From assembly GCA_038087875.1 (NCBI GenBank), contig JAXLNO010000050.1, positions 186,001-250,000 on the forward strand: a DNA stretch of 64,000 nucleotides. The letters run 5' to 3'. The translations under genes were made by a program, and so were the position numbers. Within the stretch, counting starts at the first letter, position 1, and each line of letters starts with the position of its first letter. The notes under the pieces were generated by a model. It searched no databases, was not told the DNA's origin, and was given only the letters and a program-made list of their open reading frames with translations. Positions 13,100-25,709 of the stretch are shown one piece after another. Source of the stretch: Malacoraja senta. Lineage: Eukaryota.

Positions 13100-13400
13100 C
13101 CCAACTAACACAACATAATACTAGCCCAACTAACACAACATAATACTAGCCCAACTAACACAACATAATACTAGCCCAACCAACACAACATAATACTAGC
13201 CCAACTAACACAACATAATACTAGCCCAACTAACACAACATAATACTAGCCCAACTAACACAACATAATACTAGCCCAACGAACACAACATAATACTAGC
13301 CCAACTAACACAATATAATACTAGCCCAACTAACACAACATAATACTAGCCCAACTAACACAACATAATACTAGCCCAACTAACACAACCAAATACTAAG
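13100..13400. repeat. 25-bp minisatellite, about 12 copies
   Basis: Unit cccaactaacacaacataatactag, nearly perfect. Confidence 0.95.
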
Positions 13401-14061
13401 TAAATAATGTGAAGAAAACTCAATAACATATTCATTTAATAAAAGTACAACATGGAAACTGGCCCTTCGCCTACCGAGTCCACACCCGTTCACATTTGCC
13501 GTCCCACTTTTGCATTCACTCTACCAGCTGCCCTCAAAGGGATTTGAGAAAACAAGATAGTAAGATTAAACGAGAACTTGCCAGTTTGAAGTTTGATCTT
13601 TATTTTATGAGGAGTAACGTTGAGGGATTACGTGAAGAAGACCCCGTCCAGCCGCACACGCGTCAATCTTTCAAAGCAGCGGAGTGACAATCACAGACGA
13701 TAATTACTGAAGTATGATAGTAAGATGCATAAAGACTTAGAACTACCAGCTTGATCCTTTTATGAGGGTGGGAGCGGAGGGCACGTAATCCCTCAACGTT
13801 ACTCCTCATAAAATAAAGATCAAACTTCAAACTGGCAAGTTCTCGTTTAATCTTACTATTTTACTTCGGAGTCACGTGAGTGACTACGTGAAGATTTCAA
13901 AGCTCTGTGATTTCACACCGTGGATTCAAATCCAGGTCTTCACTGCATCGATTGACTCTATTTGAGTAAGCACAATCAACAATGCATAACCACAACATTT
14001 GAATGTAATCAGTTAATGGTTTTATTTATTTTAATAAAAGTAACAAAATTAGGCCCATTTA

Positions 14062-15049
14062 TTATAATGGGGGATTTAATACTGTATCCCGCACGGCATC
14101 ACCAAACCCTCTGAGATCTTTAATCTCCTTATGGTAATACTTGTGAAACATCTGTTCACTTGCCCATCCTGCGGCCGCGAGAATAAGGTCTATTGTCTGA
14201 ATCCCTGGCCGCTGATGTTGATGCCCTGGTGGAATGAGATTTAAATTTATCAGTATCAATACCTGAATATCTCAACACCTGTTTCAACCATCGTGAAATT
14301 GTTTGTGTTGACACTTTCTTATGAAGCTTTTTATGACTAATAAAAAATGCCAATTCGGTGCCTCTTAAAACTTTTGTTGTTTCTGTGTAACATTTCACAT
14401 ATGTTACTACACACAGTCGTGGATCTGTAGGATATGATAAAAATTCCAACTTGCATCCTGTGAACCTAGGTCTACTGTGCTTCAGTAAATCATAGACATA
14501 GAATGTCACGGCATTTGGCCCTACTTTCATTCTATCAATTCTGAGTTTTTGTAATGTTTGAACTCTCTGAGCTGAAACTAATGCCATGAGCATAACCAAT
14601 TTCATGGTGATTTTGGATAATGACAGAGTTTCAACTGGATTCCAATTCCTTAGCAACATCAGTACATCTTTTACATTCCAAATTTCTGTATACCTAGGTC
14701 TGGGAGGATTAGAGTTGAAAATTCCTTTCATAAACCTACAGACCCATGGATGTGCTCCTATTGGAGTTTGTTCTGATTCACTGCTTAAATATGCAGAGAG
14801 TGCACTTCGTGCAGTATTAATTGCACTATAATTTAATTTTAATTCATAGTATAGAGTAGAAAGGAACTCTATTACATCTGAAATTTCTGCTGGGGTATAT
14901 GCAATATGTTTCCCTGAACAAAACTTCTCCCATTTCTTTATATAGGAGATGTACTGCTTCTGGGTACTATTCCTCCAGGCTGTTGTTATAACATCCACCG
15001 TACGGTCTGATAATCCTTTTCCAAGATATGGCCTTCTTAGAATCTGCAA
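14062..15049 (-). pseudogene. DIRS tyrosine recombinase (frameshift near C-terminus)
   Basis: INTARSALS, SAQRVQTL (R), LKHSRP (K), HSTR (HxxR) in ORF 14156-15049. AGW...F.KYY lies in the shifted frame 14062-14259. Confidence 0.9.
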
Positions 15050-15811
15050 ATCAACAAACCAATATGATCATGTAAAGGATGTGGTTCATCAGTCACAGGG
15101 TGTACAAGCAGTTTAATCTGCTTTGGAATAACCATAAGGTTTTTTTTGATTATTTTTAACACCAGTGGGTACCATAGCTGTTTAGGCCAATCTGGTACTA
15201 CCAAAATCCCTGAGGCTGAATCTTGTTTAATTTTCTGTATGCATCTGTGGATTAAACAAAATGGCGGAAACGCATACAGAAACATACCACCCCAATGCAG
15301 CGAGAAAGCATCCACCGCTACTGCTCCAGGATCAGGTTCCCATGACACATACTTAGGCAAACTGGTGGTTCAATCTTGATGCAAACAGATCAATTTCTGG
15401 CATTCCAAATTGTGTGATAATTTGTGTGAATACTTTCCGATTTAACATCCATTCTGTATTATCATTAAATTTAAGTGATCTTTTGTCTGTAATTGTATTA
15501 AATTTACCTGGTAAATATATTGCTGACAGCCAAATTTTCCTGGCAATACACCAGGTCCAAATTTCATTCGCTAATTTATCACATGATTCTGATTTTATAC
15601 CACCCATGTGATTTATGTATGCTACAGCTGTAGTATTGTCAACCTGTACCTGAACATTCACATTTCCCATATCAGTACAATAAGCTCTAAGGCCGTAAAA
15701 TGCGCCTAATAGCTCTAGGTAATTGATTCCCAGATTTTCCAGCAAAGGTACTTCATTCACATTCCACCTACCTCCACAGCTGGAAATCATGTTAGTAGCG
15801 CCGCAACCCAA
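15037..15811 (-). pseudogene. DIRS RNase H plus Dam-like methyltransferase domain (frameshifted)
   Basis: INYLELLG, QVDNTTAVAYINHMGG..S (RNase H); DLFAS then YVSWEPDPGA.AVDAF...W...LYAFPPF...LVVPDWP.Q.WYP (DIRS MT domain). Confidence 0.85.
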
Positions 15812-16739
15812 CGCACTTACATCAGTCTGTAGAGTGACGGAAGGTGTTTCTACCAGAACTTTTCTGGAAGCATTAAAAACATTGTTAATCCACCATTCTA
15901 TTTCTGTAATGGATTAAATTGTTAATTTCATGGGCCTGTCAAAATGCCCTCTATTCATTTTTAACGCCTGTACCTTAGCTCTCTGTAAACATTGATAATG
16001 CAATGGTCCAAACGTGACCGCTGGAAACCCTGCAATTAATTTGCCTAGCAAGGTGTGTCCTCGTTAATGAGTTTTATGCAACCTTCAATTAACTGCAGCT
16101 TTTATCTTTTGGCAAAGTGATTACCATGTGTTCGGAGTTAATTGTGAACCCTAGGTAATCAATTTTTTTGCTTGGTAACAATTTAGATTTTTGTAGGTGA
16201 ATAATGAAACCTAATTTCTCAAAAATGTATTTGACTCTGGATACTGACAATCCTTTTTTGTTCTTGGAAAAATATTTGATACAAACTGATGGTGTTGTTC
16301 TACTGACCTCTATTACCCCCTTTTTGGTTAGTTTCTAATTCTCCTTTGATGAACTTATTCTCTTTTTTTTGGGGGAGAAAATGCGTGACCAGTTTGAATT
16401 TTCTTGCCTTGGAGGATCCAAATGTGGATAGAAACTCAATTTTGAATCCTACAATGCTATTTAGAATAAATTAATCATTTGTTATTAACTGTCATTCTTT
16501 TAGGAAGAATCGTAACCTTCCCCCTACTTGTGAATGTGAAACATTTATTGTATTCCTTACCAGACCAGGACCCCCTACCTCGGGGTTTGCCACCGGCGAT
16601 TGTCCGCTTCTGGTAGGCACATTGTAACCTCCACATATCCCCGGTGCAGCACGCCAACGTGTATACGAAAATGATCGGCTTGTTCCTTCTCCAGCACCAG
16701 TATTCCACCTGTAGGGATACTGCCTTCGCTCATCATCGG

Positions 16740-18028
16740 TGGTTTCATCATCATGCCACTCAAGGTTCTTGACTCTTCATTCAAGTCCTTTTAGCTTCTT
16801 TGCTAGATTTTCTCCAAACAGCAGCTTTAGGCATTTGTATGTTGGTTGGTTTGCAGAGCCCTGCATACTTAGGATGAATATTTGGTCTTATTGCATTTTT
16901 ACGAATATAATTTATTTCAAAAATGTGCACCACACATCAGTGCTAGAGCATCTTGTTGTGAATCTGATACATAATCATCATCCAAACCTCTGGCAAATGC
17001 CGTGATGCCTGACCCCAGCAATTTCAATACACGTTGCAATTTCAATTCTTGTGAGCGTAAACCAATGCTCAAATAACCCCAAATCAAGTTATTTACTGGT
17101 GGAACTGTCAGCAATTCACAATTTGCTGGGGCCTCGTACTGTTTCATTGTCTCATCCATAGTTACTTCCTGGAGCTGATGGGAGAGTAGATAGTTTATAG
17201 TCATTGCTATTTCCTCCCTCAAAGGTTCCCCCTTTATTCTAGGAACAGCAAACTTTTGTGCTAGTCCAGGAACTTTCAGCTCTGATAAAGGGCTCTCATC
17301 CTCATAGAATTCATCTTCTGAATCTAGATGTTCCTATTCAGGTTTGGTAAATTCTGGCTCCCCTGTTTCAGGTAAGTCTATGCCAGATTCCCCCTGCGCG
17401 GGCTCTCTTATAGGCCCACGGATAGGCAGCCCTGTTTCAGGTGCTGCTGGCGCTGGCTCAACTCTAGGCCAACGCTTCTTAATTTTCCCTTTAGGAACTT
17501 TCGGTGCTGGCACATAAGTACGTTTGTACTGTCTTTTTTGAGACATTTCTGGTACTGGATCTTCAGTAGGCCAGCACATACTGCCTTTTTTTCAGGCATT
17601 TCTGGCACTGGCTCTCCTGTAGGCCACCCACTGTAATACCTTTGCACAGTCATTTCTGATGGCTCTCCTGTAGGCCACCCTTGTGCCTGTGCTGTATCCT
17701 CCATTGGCCAACACCGACCTGATTCCTCCTGTGGGGATTCTTTGTAAATCCCCATCAGGAGCTCTAAACTGGCGACCCTTGCAGCCATAACGTTTTCTGC
17801 TGCAGGAGGGTATACCTCCGGGTCTGACTCTTCCGAGTCTACAGGTTGGGCCGACTTTTGTCCAGCCTTGCGCCCCGCCGCCGGCGGTTTAACGGCACAT
17901 TCGACCGTAACGGGAGTTGATGGCTTCGATGCCAATGCCTCCTCTTCCTGACGCCCGCTACCCTTAGCATCGGGGGTTTTACCTGCGGTGCGTCCCTGGC
18001 CTCTCCTTCCCCTACGCTCTTTCTCCAT
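16740..18028 (-). pseudogene. DIRS gag-like ORF (fragmented)
   Basis: Low-complexity N-terminus (17408-18028) and Y..P.NC..L.VP.VN..IW...LQ segment (16917-17222), located at the element 5' end. Confidence 0.6.
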
Positions 18029-19601
18029 TCTGAGTTTGTGTGGACCTCTGCCAACACATCTGAGCGGGAAGAAAAGCGCCCTGTAAGTAAAAACGAAACC
18101 ACTTACCTTGTCCGATTTTTACTTTAAATTTGCTTTACTCACCGCTGGAGGAGCTCCTGCTCCTCCACACACGGTCATGAACGCTATGCGTCTGATCGAT
18201 AATGACTCGTGTGCGGCTGGACGGGGTCTTCTTCACGTAGTCACTCACGTGACTCCGAAGTAAAATCACTGGACCATCTCCTGAAATTATTTCAAGGCAG
18301 GCACGGGTTATTCATTGGGAACGATCAGCCATGATCACAATGAATGGCGGTGCTGGCTCCTCCTGCACCTATTTTCTATGTTTCTATTAAAGGATTAAAA
18401 TGGTTAAAAGTGAATGTGAAAAATCCTCCACTTTAACTTTGTTTCCCTTTGCAGAGTTACTACTGTTTTCTAGCATATTCTGTTTTAATTGCAAAAAATT
18501 ATCCTATGTCCCCCAGAATCACATGAAGGACATCCGAACGGCAGTGATATCCAGGAGAGGATCATACCGTTTACGTGATGGCCATTTTAAATATGCGTTT
18601 GGAAGTAGCATCAATCCTCAGCCATATTTAAAGAACAGCATTATTGCTTACAACAACATTATTGACTGGTAAGGAAAATATCAAATGTATATTGACATGT
18701 TAATTTGTTGAAGAAAATATTATGGAAACAAAAAAGAAACTTAAAATGTATTTGTGAGAGAAATCCATAATTAATTTGCTGAAGAAAATATAGATAGGAA
18801 AGTGAAAGGTTAACATGTATTTGTGAGAGAAAGCCATAAAAGTTCACAAATAATGGTTTGTCATTGCTCTTAATCTCTGCAGTTATTTTAATCTTGTCAT
18901 GTAATAATTGTTTTTCCCTCAGTTCATCTAAATTCTTGCTGACTCCTCCAGCCAGCTGTGTTGTAGTATAAGGCATAGGTTTGGAATGTATATCTTTCAT
19001 TCAGTCACTTTGTGTTTTGCTCCCAGCTTCAGAACCAATTAGACTTTGCGGTGACCTTTTTAAATTCAGGGGTTGAAATCGAGCTCTGGATTACTTGAGT
19101 TCCACGTTCAGGAAGCCAGTGATTCATCGGAGGAGTTGAAAGGCCACTGACAAACATTTTGGGGTTTCTGGCGAATGACATTTCTATTGAATGACAATAA
19201 AGTTCCCAAGATTCCAAGATTATACACTTTGCTACATATGGTGTTGCTTCACTGTACTTACTTTTCCATCTTCAACTCTGGTCTCATGGAATGACAGAGC
19301 TGTCTTTTGAGGAAAGATTTAGTGAATTGGACTTATTTTTGCTGCAGTTTAAATGAGTGAGAGGTTTAATTTAGTTTAAAGATACAGTGTGGAAGCAGAC
19401 CCTTCAGCTCATGGTGAGCACAGACCAATAATCACCCGTCCACCAATCCTAAGTTATCCCAGTTTCCCATCCTACACATGGTAATATTGGGCATTTTGGG
19501 TGCGTGACAAAATCAAGGATTTCTGCTTTTGTAAAGCCTGCTTGACATCTTATGCAAAAGCTGCAAAGACCACAAGGATCATGGGTCCAGAGTGTCTGTG
19601 G

Positions 19602-20105
19602 CCAAGCCAAACAGCTGATTGCATTTTCATTTAACTTCCATTGCCATTGCAGTTTCAAGGACAGGGCAGACCAAGCCAAACAGCTGATTGCATTTTCATT
19701 TCACTTCCACTGCCATTGCAGTTTCAAGGACGGCAGGCAAAGCCAAACAGCTGATTGCATTTTCATTTCATTTCCACTGCCATTGAAGTTTCAAGGACAG
19801 GGCAGGCAAAGCCAAACAGCTGATTGCATTATCATTTCACTTCCACTGCCATTGCAGTTTCAAGGACAGTGCAGGCCAAGCCAAACAGCTAATTGCATTT
19901 TCATTTCACTTCCACTGCCATTGCAGTTTCAAGGACAGGTCAGGCCAAGCCAAACAGCTGATTGCATTTTCATTTAACTTCCATTGCCATTGCAGTTTTA
20001 AGGACAGGGTAGGCCAAGTCAAACAGCTGATTGCATTTTCATTTCACTTCCAGTGCCATTGCAGTTTCAAGCACAGGGCAGGCCAAACAACTCATTTCAT
20101 TTTCA
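19602..20105. repeat. About 69-bp minisatellite, about 7 copies
   Basis: Unit ccaagccaaacagctgattgcattttcatttcacttccactgccattgcagtttcaaggacagggcagg. Confidence 0.95.
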
Positions 20106-22020
20106 TTAAGGGCTAACAAATCATTTATTGCAAGTACATTGCAGACTCACAGTTCACTTGATTCACAGCTTAGAATGGTAGTCATGGCATCTCCCTCACG
20201 GTCTTCCTGAGTGAGGCATCTCCAGGCATCCGGGGTTTTATCGTTCCTCCCCCAGAAGGGGCGTTACCTTCATCGCAGCGATTGACAGGCGAGAGCATCT
20301 CAAGGTTTTTTAAACACTCATAACTCTTTTATTTTTCATCGATGGGAAAAATCCCCAGGGCCTGATCAGCGGAGGAGGACTATGAGTATGATGGCCAAAA
20401 ATCATAGCAATATATGGCAGCGTTTTTTTTTCTAAAATCAATATACAGCGCAGATGGAGGGGGTCAAGATGAGACTTTTAATTATATAGATAATGGTTTT
20501 GCTATCGTGTTTGGCATGGACAATTGTGGGCTGAAGGGTCTGTTCTTGTCCTGCACTGTTCGGCATGTTCTATATTATAAATCTAAAAGCTTCCTTAAGC
20601 TGGAAGTGTGTAAATGTACAATCTGATATCTATCGCAATAGCAGGAAATCACTGTCACCTTTTGAATCAAAATATTTTAGCCACCTTTACTCAGTGTGGA
20701 AATGTCAAAGACCACAGGACGTAGCTTTAAGGAGAGAAGGGCATAATTTAAAGATGTTCAGAGCTAGCTTTTTTTAGACACAAGTTTGTGGGTGCCTGGA
20801 AAGCACTGCCAGAGCTGGTGGTGAAGGCAGATAAGTGGCGTTTTAGAGGCCTTTAAATGGGCAGCACGGTGGCACAGCGGTAGAGTTGCTGCCTTATAGT
20901 GCAAGAGTCCTGGGTTCAATCCTGACTACGGGTGCTGTCTGTGCGGAGTTTTACGTTCTCCCCATGACCTCTGTAATCCATTTCCTCCAGCAACTCTACT
21001 GCTGTGCCACTGTGTCACGACTTATGTTGAAGTTGATACTACAGCAGCTAAATGGCCAGAACACCAAATTAATAACACGATCATTAATAATAACATTAAT
21101 AACCTGAAGTAAAATCGGTTATGGGCACATTGGAAAAAAACCCGATACAACACAGTTAATTAGTTTTATTTTCTTTTTGCTTTGAAAACTTTTGGCATGG
21201 GCATAGTAATGGGTTTGCACAAGATTAATGGCAAATTGCACATTGCCTCTCATTTAATCCACTATTAGCTGTCTTTGGTTCCAAGTCTGTCTTTAAACTT
21301 CACATGCCAACATTTCCAATTTATCTTAACATTACTAGAATGCTGTTCCTACTTTCAACTGAGTGGAGCTATTTTCAAGGTACACCTAGACTTGCTGGAC
21401 GTTCATTTAGAATCTGGGCTTTTCCAGAACAAACCAATGCAACATTTCAGGTCTCGACCCAAAACGTGACCTCCATGTTCTCCAGAGGTGGTAACTGACC
21501 TGCTGAGTTACTCCAGCACTTTGTGTCTTTTTTTTGTAAACCAGCATTTGTAGTTCCTTGCTTCTAAATTAATCTATACTCCAACGTATATTTTAAAGGC
21601 GGATATTGACAGATTCTTGATTAGTACTGGTGTTATGGGGAGATGGGGGGAGAATGGGATTGAGAGGGAGAGATAGATCAGCCATGATCGAATGGTGGAG
21701 TACACTTGATGGGCCGAATGGCCTAATTCTGCTAAATGTCTATGTAAACAAACTGCAAAAAATGCAAACTGCAAATGTCAATGTTCTCCAGCGATGCTGT
21801 CTGGCCCGTTGAGTTACTCCAGCACTCTGTTGTTCTTTTGCTGCAAAATCAAAGGTTAGGTTGATGTGGAATCTGCCTTCCCAAGTGAGTCAGATTATCA
21901 GGATCTCTTATCTCGAGCACTTCAATACGCACATGTTCTCTCTCAGAGTTAGGTGCCAAATGACATGTATAACTCATCCAGTTGGCAGTAAAATCTCCTC
22001 CACAGGTTTCTGCTAACATT

Positions 22021-22247
22021 GGTGTGTGTTTCTGTGTGTGTGTGCATGTGTGTCTGTATGTGGCTGTGTGTGGCTGTCTGTGTGTGTGTTTGTGTGTCTG
22101 TGTGCGTGTGTCTGTGTGTGTGTATGTGTGTGTCTGTCTGTGTGTGTGTGTGCGTGTCTGTATGTGTGTCTGTGTCTATGTGCGTCTCTGTGTCTGTGTG
22201 TGTGTCTCTGTGTGTCTGTCTATCTGTGTGTGTGTGTCTGTGTGTGT
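22021..22247. repeat. Degenerate (TG)n/(TGTC)n microsatellite
   Basis: Directly visible; explains the C/V-rich spurious ORFs. Confidence 0.95.
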
Positions 22248-22524
22248 TTCTGGTTTTCCCTTGATCACAGTAGTGCCACGACTTCTGTGCAGGGATTTAA
22301 CATTCCGAGACTAGTTGTAGATTCGAACGATACCACTTAAAGGTTTAGCTTAGGGATACAGATGGAAATGGGTTCTTCGGCCCACAGCCAATACTGACCA
22401 TAGATCACCCATTCACACTATAGTTCTATGCTATCCCACTTTCCCATTCACTCCCTGGGGCTATCTCTACAGGCCGATTAACCTACAAACCCATACGTCT
22501 TTGGGATTTGGAAGCCAGATTGTG

Positions 22525-22806
22525 TTAGTTTTAGTCTTCGGTCCACTGAGTCCACACTGACCATTGTTCATCCGTTCAGTAGGTTCACGTTGTCACACTT
22601 TTTGCATCCTACACACTAGAGGCCAATTAACCGACAAAACCCCACGTCTTTAGAATGCAGAAGGAAACTGGAGCACCTGGACTAAACTTGCGCAGTCACG
22701 GAGAGAACGTACAAACTCCACACAAACAGCGCCAGAGGCCAGGATCAAACCCCAATCTCTGGCTTTGCAAGATAGCTACTTTACCAGCTGCACCACTGTG
22801 CCACCC
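22525..22806 (-). mobile_element. HE1/V-SINE-type SINE
   Basis: Reverse complement of the SINE consensus. Confidence 0.7.
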
Positions 22807-24974
22807 TAAAAGTTTTGATCAAAGTTCCAAGATGCAATTATTGCTAATTTAACAAGTTTTCAATATGCAACACGGTGTTTGATTGCAATTGTGATCCTGC
22901 CCTCTGATCAGTTATGGTATCTTTGTTTGTGTATGAGGTACCAGGCTCTAGATTTGTAATGCATCCCACACTAGATTGAAGACCCCCAACTTTAGCAGGA
23001 TCGAAACGTACATTCCTTAACGGTGTATTTTTGATGTAAGTGTGACATTAGGTAGACACAAAATGCTGGAGTAACTCAGCGAGACAGGCAGCATCTTTGG
23101 AGAGAAGGAATGGGTGACGTTTCGGGTCGGGACCCTTCCCCAGATGCTGAAGACATTGGGTAGCTGTGTGTTTTGGTGGGAAGCTCAGTATTGTTCCCAT
23201 TGCTCTTGTGTTGTTCATCCATCTTACTAACAGTAAAATGGGCATGTTGTTCTCTGGCCCATATTAAGGTGTCATTGTGAAGTTATATCATATGTATGCA
23301 CATTTGCTACATCATAGAGTTGTACAGTATGGGAACAGGCCCTTCAGCCCAACTTGCCCACTCCAACCAACATGCCTCGTCTACATTGGTCCCACCTGCC
23401 TGCGTTTGGCCCATATCCTTCTAAAGCTGTCCTATCCAAGTACCTGTCTAACTGTTTCTTAAACGTTGGGATAGTCCCCGCCTCAACCACCATTTGTGTG
23501 AAAAAAGCAAGTAGCCTGAAGAAGGGTCTCGACCCGAAATGTCACCTATTCCTTTTTCCCCAGAGATGCTGCCTGACCCGTTGAGTTACTCCAGCTTTTC
23601 GTGTCTAACTTCGGTGTAAACCAGCATCTACAGTTCCTTCCGACACAAGTCGCCCACCTCCACTCACCAACTTCCAATAGTTATGAAGATCCCTCTACAA
23701 CTCATTGTCAAGTTTGGCAGATGTCAAGGGTATAAATGCAGGTGAGAGCCCCTTGGGAAAACCAAACGTGCAGATGCTGCAAAACACGAAACAAAATGCT
23801 GGAAACTCTCTCAGCAGGTCAGGCAGCATCTGTGGAAAGAGAAACATTAACATTTCAGGTACGGGATCCTTCATTTGTTTTTGACCATTCAAAGCATTAA
23901 TTATTTTTTTTGTTTGCTTAATTGGAACTGTAAACATGCTGGCAAAACAAACTTCTTATCTACAATTTGGAATTTGTGCAAACTGAATGAGATATGCCAG
24001 TTATTTGTCTGGCATTGCCCTGAAGTTTGCATAGACCAGGGAAGAACAGCTCTTGGGTTGGGCTTTGAAAGTTACACTGTAATTTATTGAAGGAGAACTC
24101 TTGCTGATGCTCACAAGTTTGTACACTATGTACAAAGAGTCTGAAGATGGGTCTCGACCCGAAACGTCACCCATTCCTTCTATCCAGAGATGAGTTACTC
24201 CAGCATCATCCAGTGTCAATCTATGATTCACAAAATAATGCAGTCATATTCTCTCAGCATCACTTGGGCTAGGAATTGCTCAACTGCACAACCAGAGAGC
24301 AGTGCTGAACTACTTTGGTGGCCCTTATTGGTGACCCTCGGACTATCCTTGGTCGGACTATGCTTGCTTTACCTTGCACTAAACATTATTGCCTTATTAT
24401 GTATCTGTACCTTGTAAATAGCTTGATTGTAATGATGTCTTGTCTTTCTGTTGACTGGATAGCACGTGACAAAAACCTGTTCACTGTACCTTGGTACACG
24501 TGACAAACTAAACCGAACTGAACTGAGAAAAATCAACAGAGAAATTTGTGGGCTGTCAAATCAAAATCGCTTTCTGCATTTCTTTATACAGCATGGAAAC
24601 AGGCCCTTTGGCCCAACATGCCCACGCCGGCCAACCTGTCTCCGCTACACTCGTCCCACCTGCTGGCATTTGGCCCATAGCCCTCCCAAACTATCCTAAA
24701 CATGTACCAGTCTTAAGGTTTCTTAAATGTTGGGATAGTCCCAGCCTCAACTATCTCCTCTGGCAGCTTGTTGCTTACACCAACCATCCTGTTAAATCTT
24801 ATCCCCATCACCTTAAGCCTTTGTCCTCTGGTTCTCGATTCCCCTACTCTGGGGAAGAGACTCTGTTCATTTACCCGATCTATTCCTCTCATTTATGGGG
24901 AAGCACTAGGTGCAGATACTTGTCCGACGTTAGGAAGCTTTCTAGTTGAGGCAGAGTGCGATTACCTGTGGGAA

Positions 24975-25492
24975 CAGGGTTACCAACTTTCCCACTCCCA
25001 AATAAGGGACAAAAAGTCAAAATACGGGACAAATTCCCGAGGGCAATTCGTTGACCGACTCGGCTGTGGTTTGGTGAACGATAAGTTGGCCCAGGTGCTG
25101 GACTGCACACAAAGCCCAGCCAGCGGGCCAGCTGAGGAGTTTTAGCCCAAACTACATTGCGCGCAAAGTCCGGCACCCTATCCAACTCATGAACCGATGA
25201 TCGGCCATGAGAAGGAGGGGTGGTGGTGTCGGTGGTAAGCGAAGGTCTGAAGGTCGGTCAGCTGGCCGGCTGCAGACCGACGAGGCCATGGGCGAGGCGC
25301 TGCTGCTGCACTCCAGGGGCTGCACTACGTTGGGCTGGGTGACGCGGGGCTGGACGCGGCGCTCCAAACTGACAGTCCCCTCGACCCGAGTAGTACAGTC
25401 AAATATGGGACAAGGGTGGTCCCTTATGGGACAAACCAATTTAGCCCAAAATCCGGGATGTCCCGGCTAATATGGGACAGTTGGCAACCCTA
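24975..25492. mobile_element. hAT (Blackjack-like) MITE
   Basis: TIRs cagggttaccaact / agttggcaacccta; exact 8-bp TSD tgtgggaa (24967-24974, 25493-25500); subterminal gggaca repeats. A right-end-only copy lies at about 52108-52210. Confidence 0.9.
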
Positions 25493-25709
25493 TGTGGGAA
25501 TTGGAATCATAGTTATACAGCAAGGAAACAGGCCTTTCAGCCCATCTGTTTAAAATACAAGATTAAAATTGTGTATGTCCACCCTGGTTTCATATCCCTG
25601 TTGTGCGAAGTCTAGGATTTCTGAAAGTAACACCCTAGGTACAACATTCGGAGATCGATGGGATAATCACTGTGTTTTTACCCTTCAAGGTTGATGAAAT
25701 TCCCTTCAC

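Larger units (their letters stand above)
13557..18266 (-). mobile_element. DIRS1-like tyrosine-recombinase retrotransposon (non-autonomous, RT core deleted)
   Basis: ITR 13630-13660 / 18208-18238. ICR 13782-13894 is complementary to both ends (13557-13634 and about 18230-18266). Gene order gag-like, RT remnant, RNase H, MT-like, YR. Confidence 0.95.

Noticed and set aside
13100..13400. Regular 25-bp repeats resembling a CRISPR array
   Set aside because: No unique spacers, no cas genes, eukaryotic context; it is a plain minisatellite.
14156..15360. Phage-like integrase plus methyltransferase suggesting a prophage or contamination
   Set aside because: Both are standard DIRS domains enclosed by DIRS ITR/ICR termini in vertebrate repeat context.
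19552..19977. 141-aa repetitive ORF
   Set aside because: Read-through of the 69-bp (multiple of 3) minisatellite; no splice or homology support.
21982..22340. Cys/Val-rich ORFs
   Set aside because: Translation of the (TG)n microsatellite.
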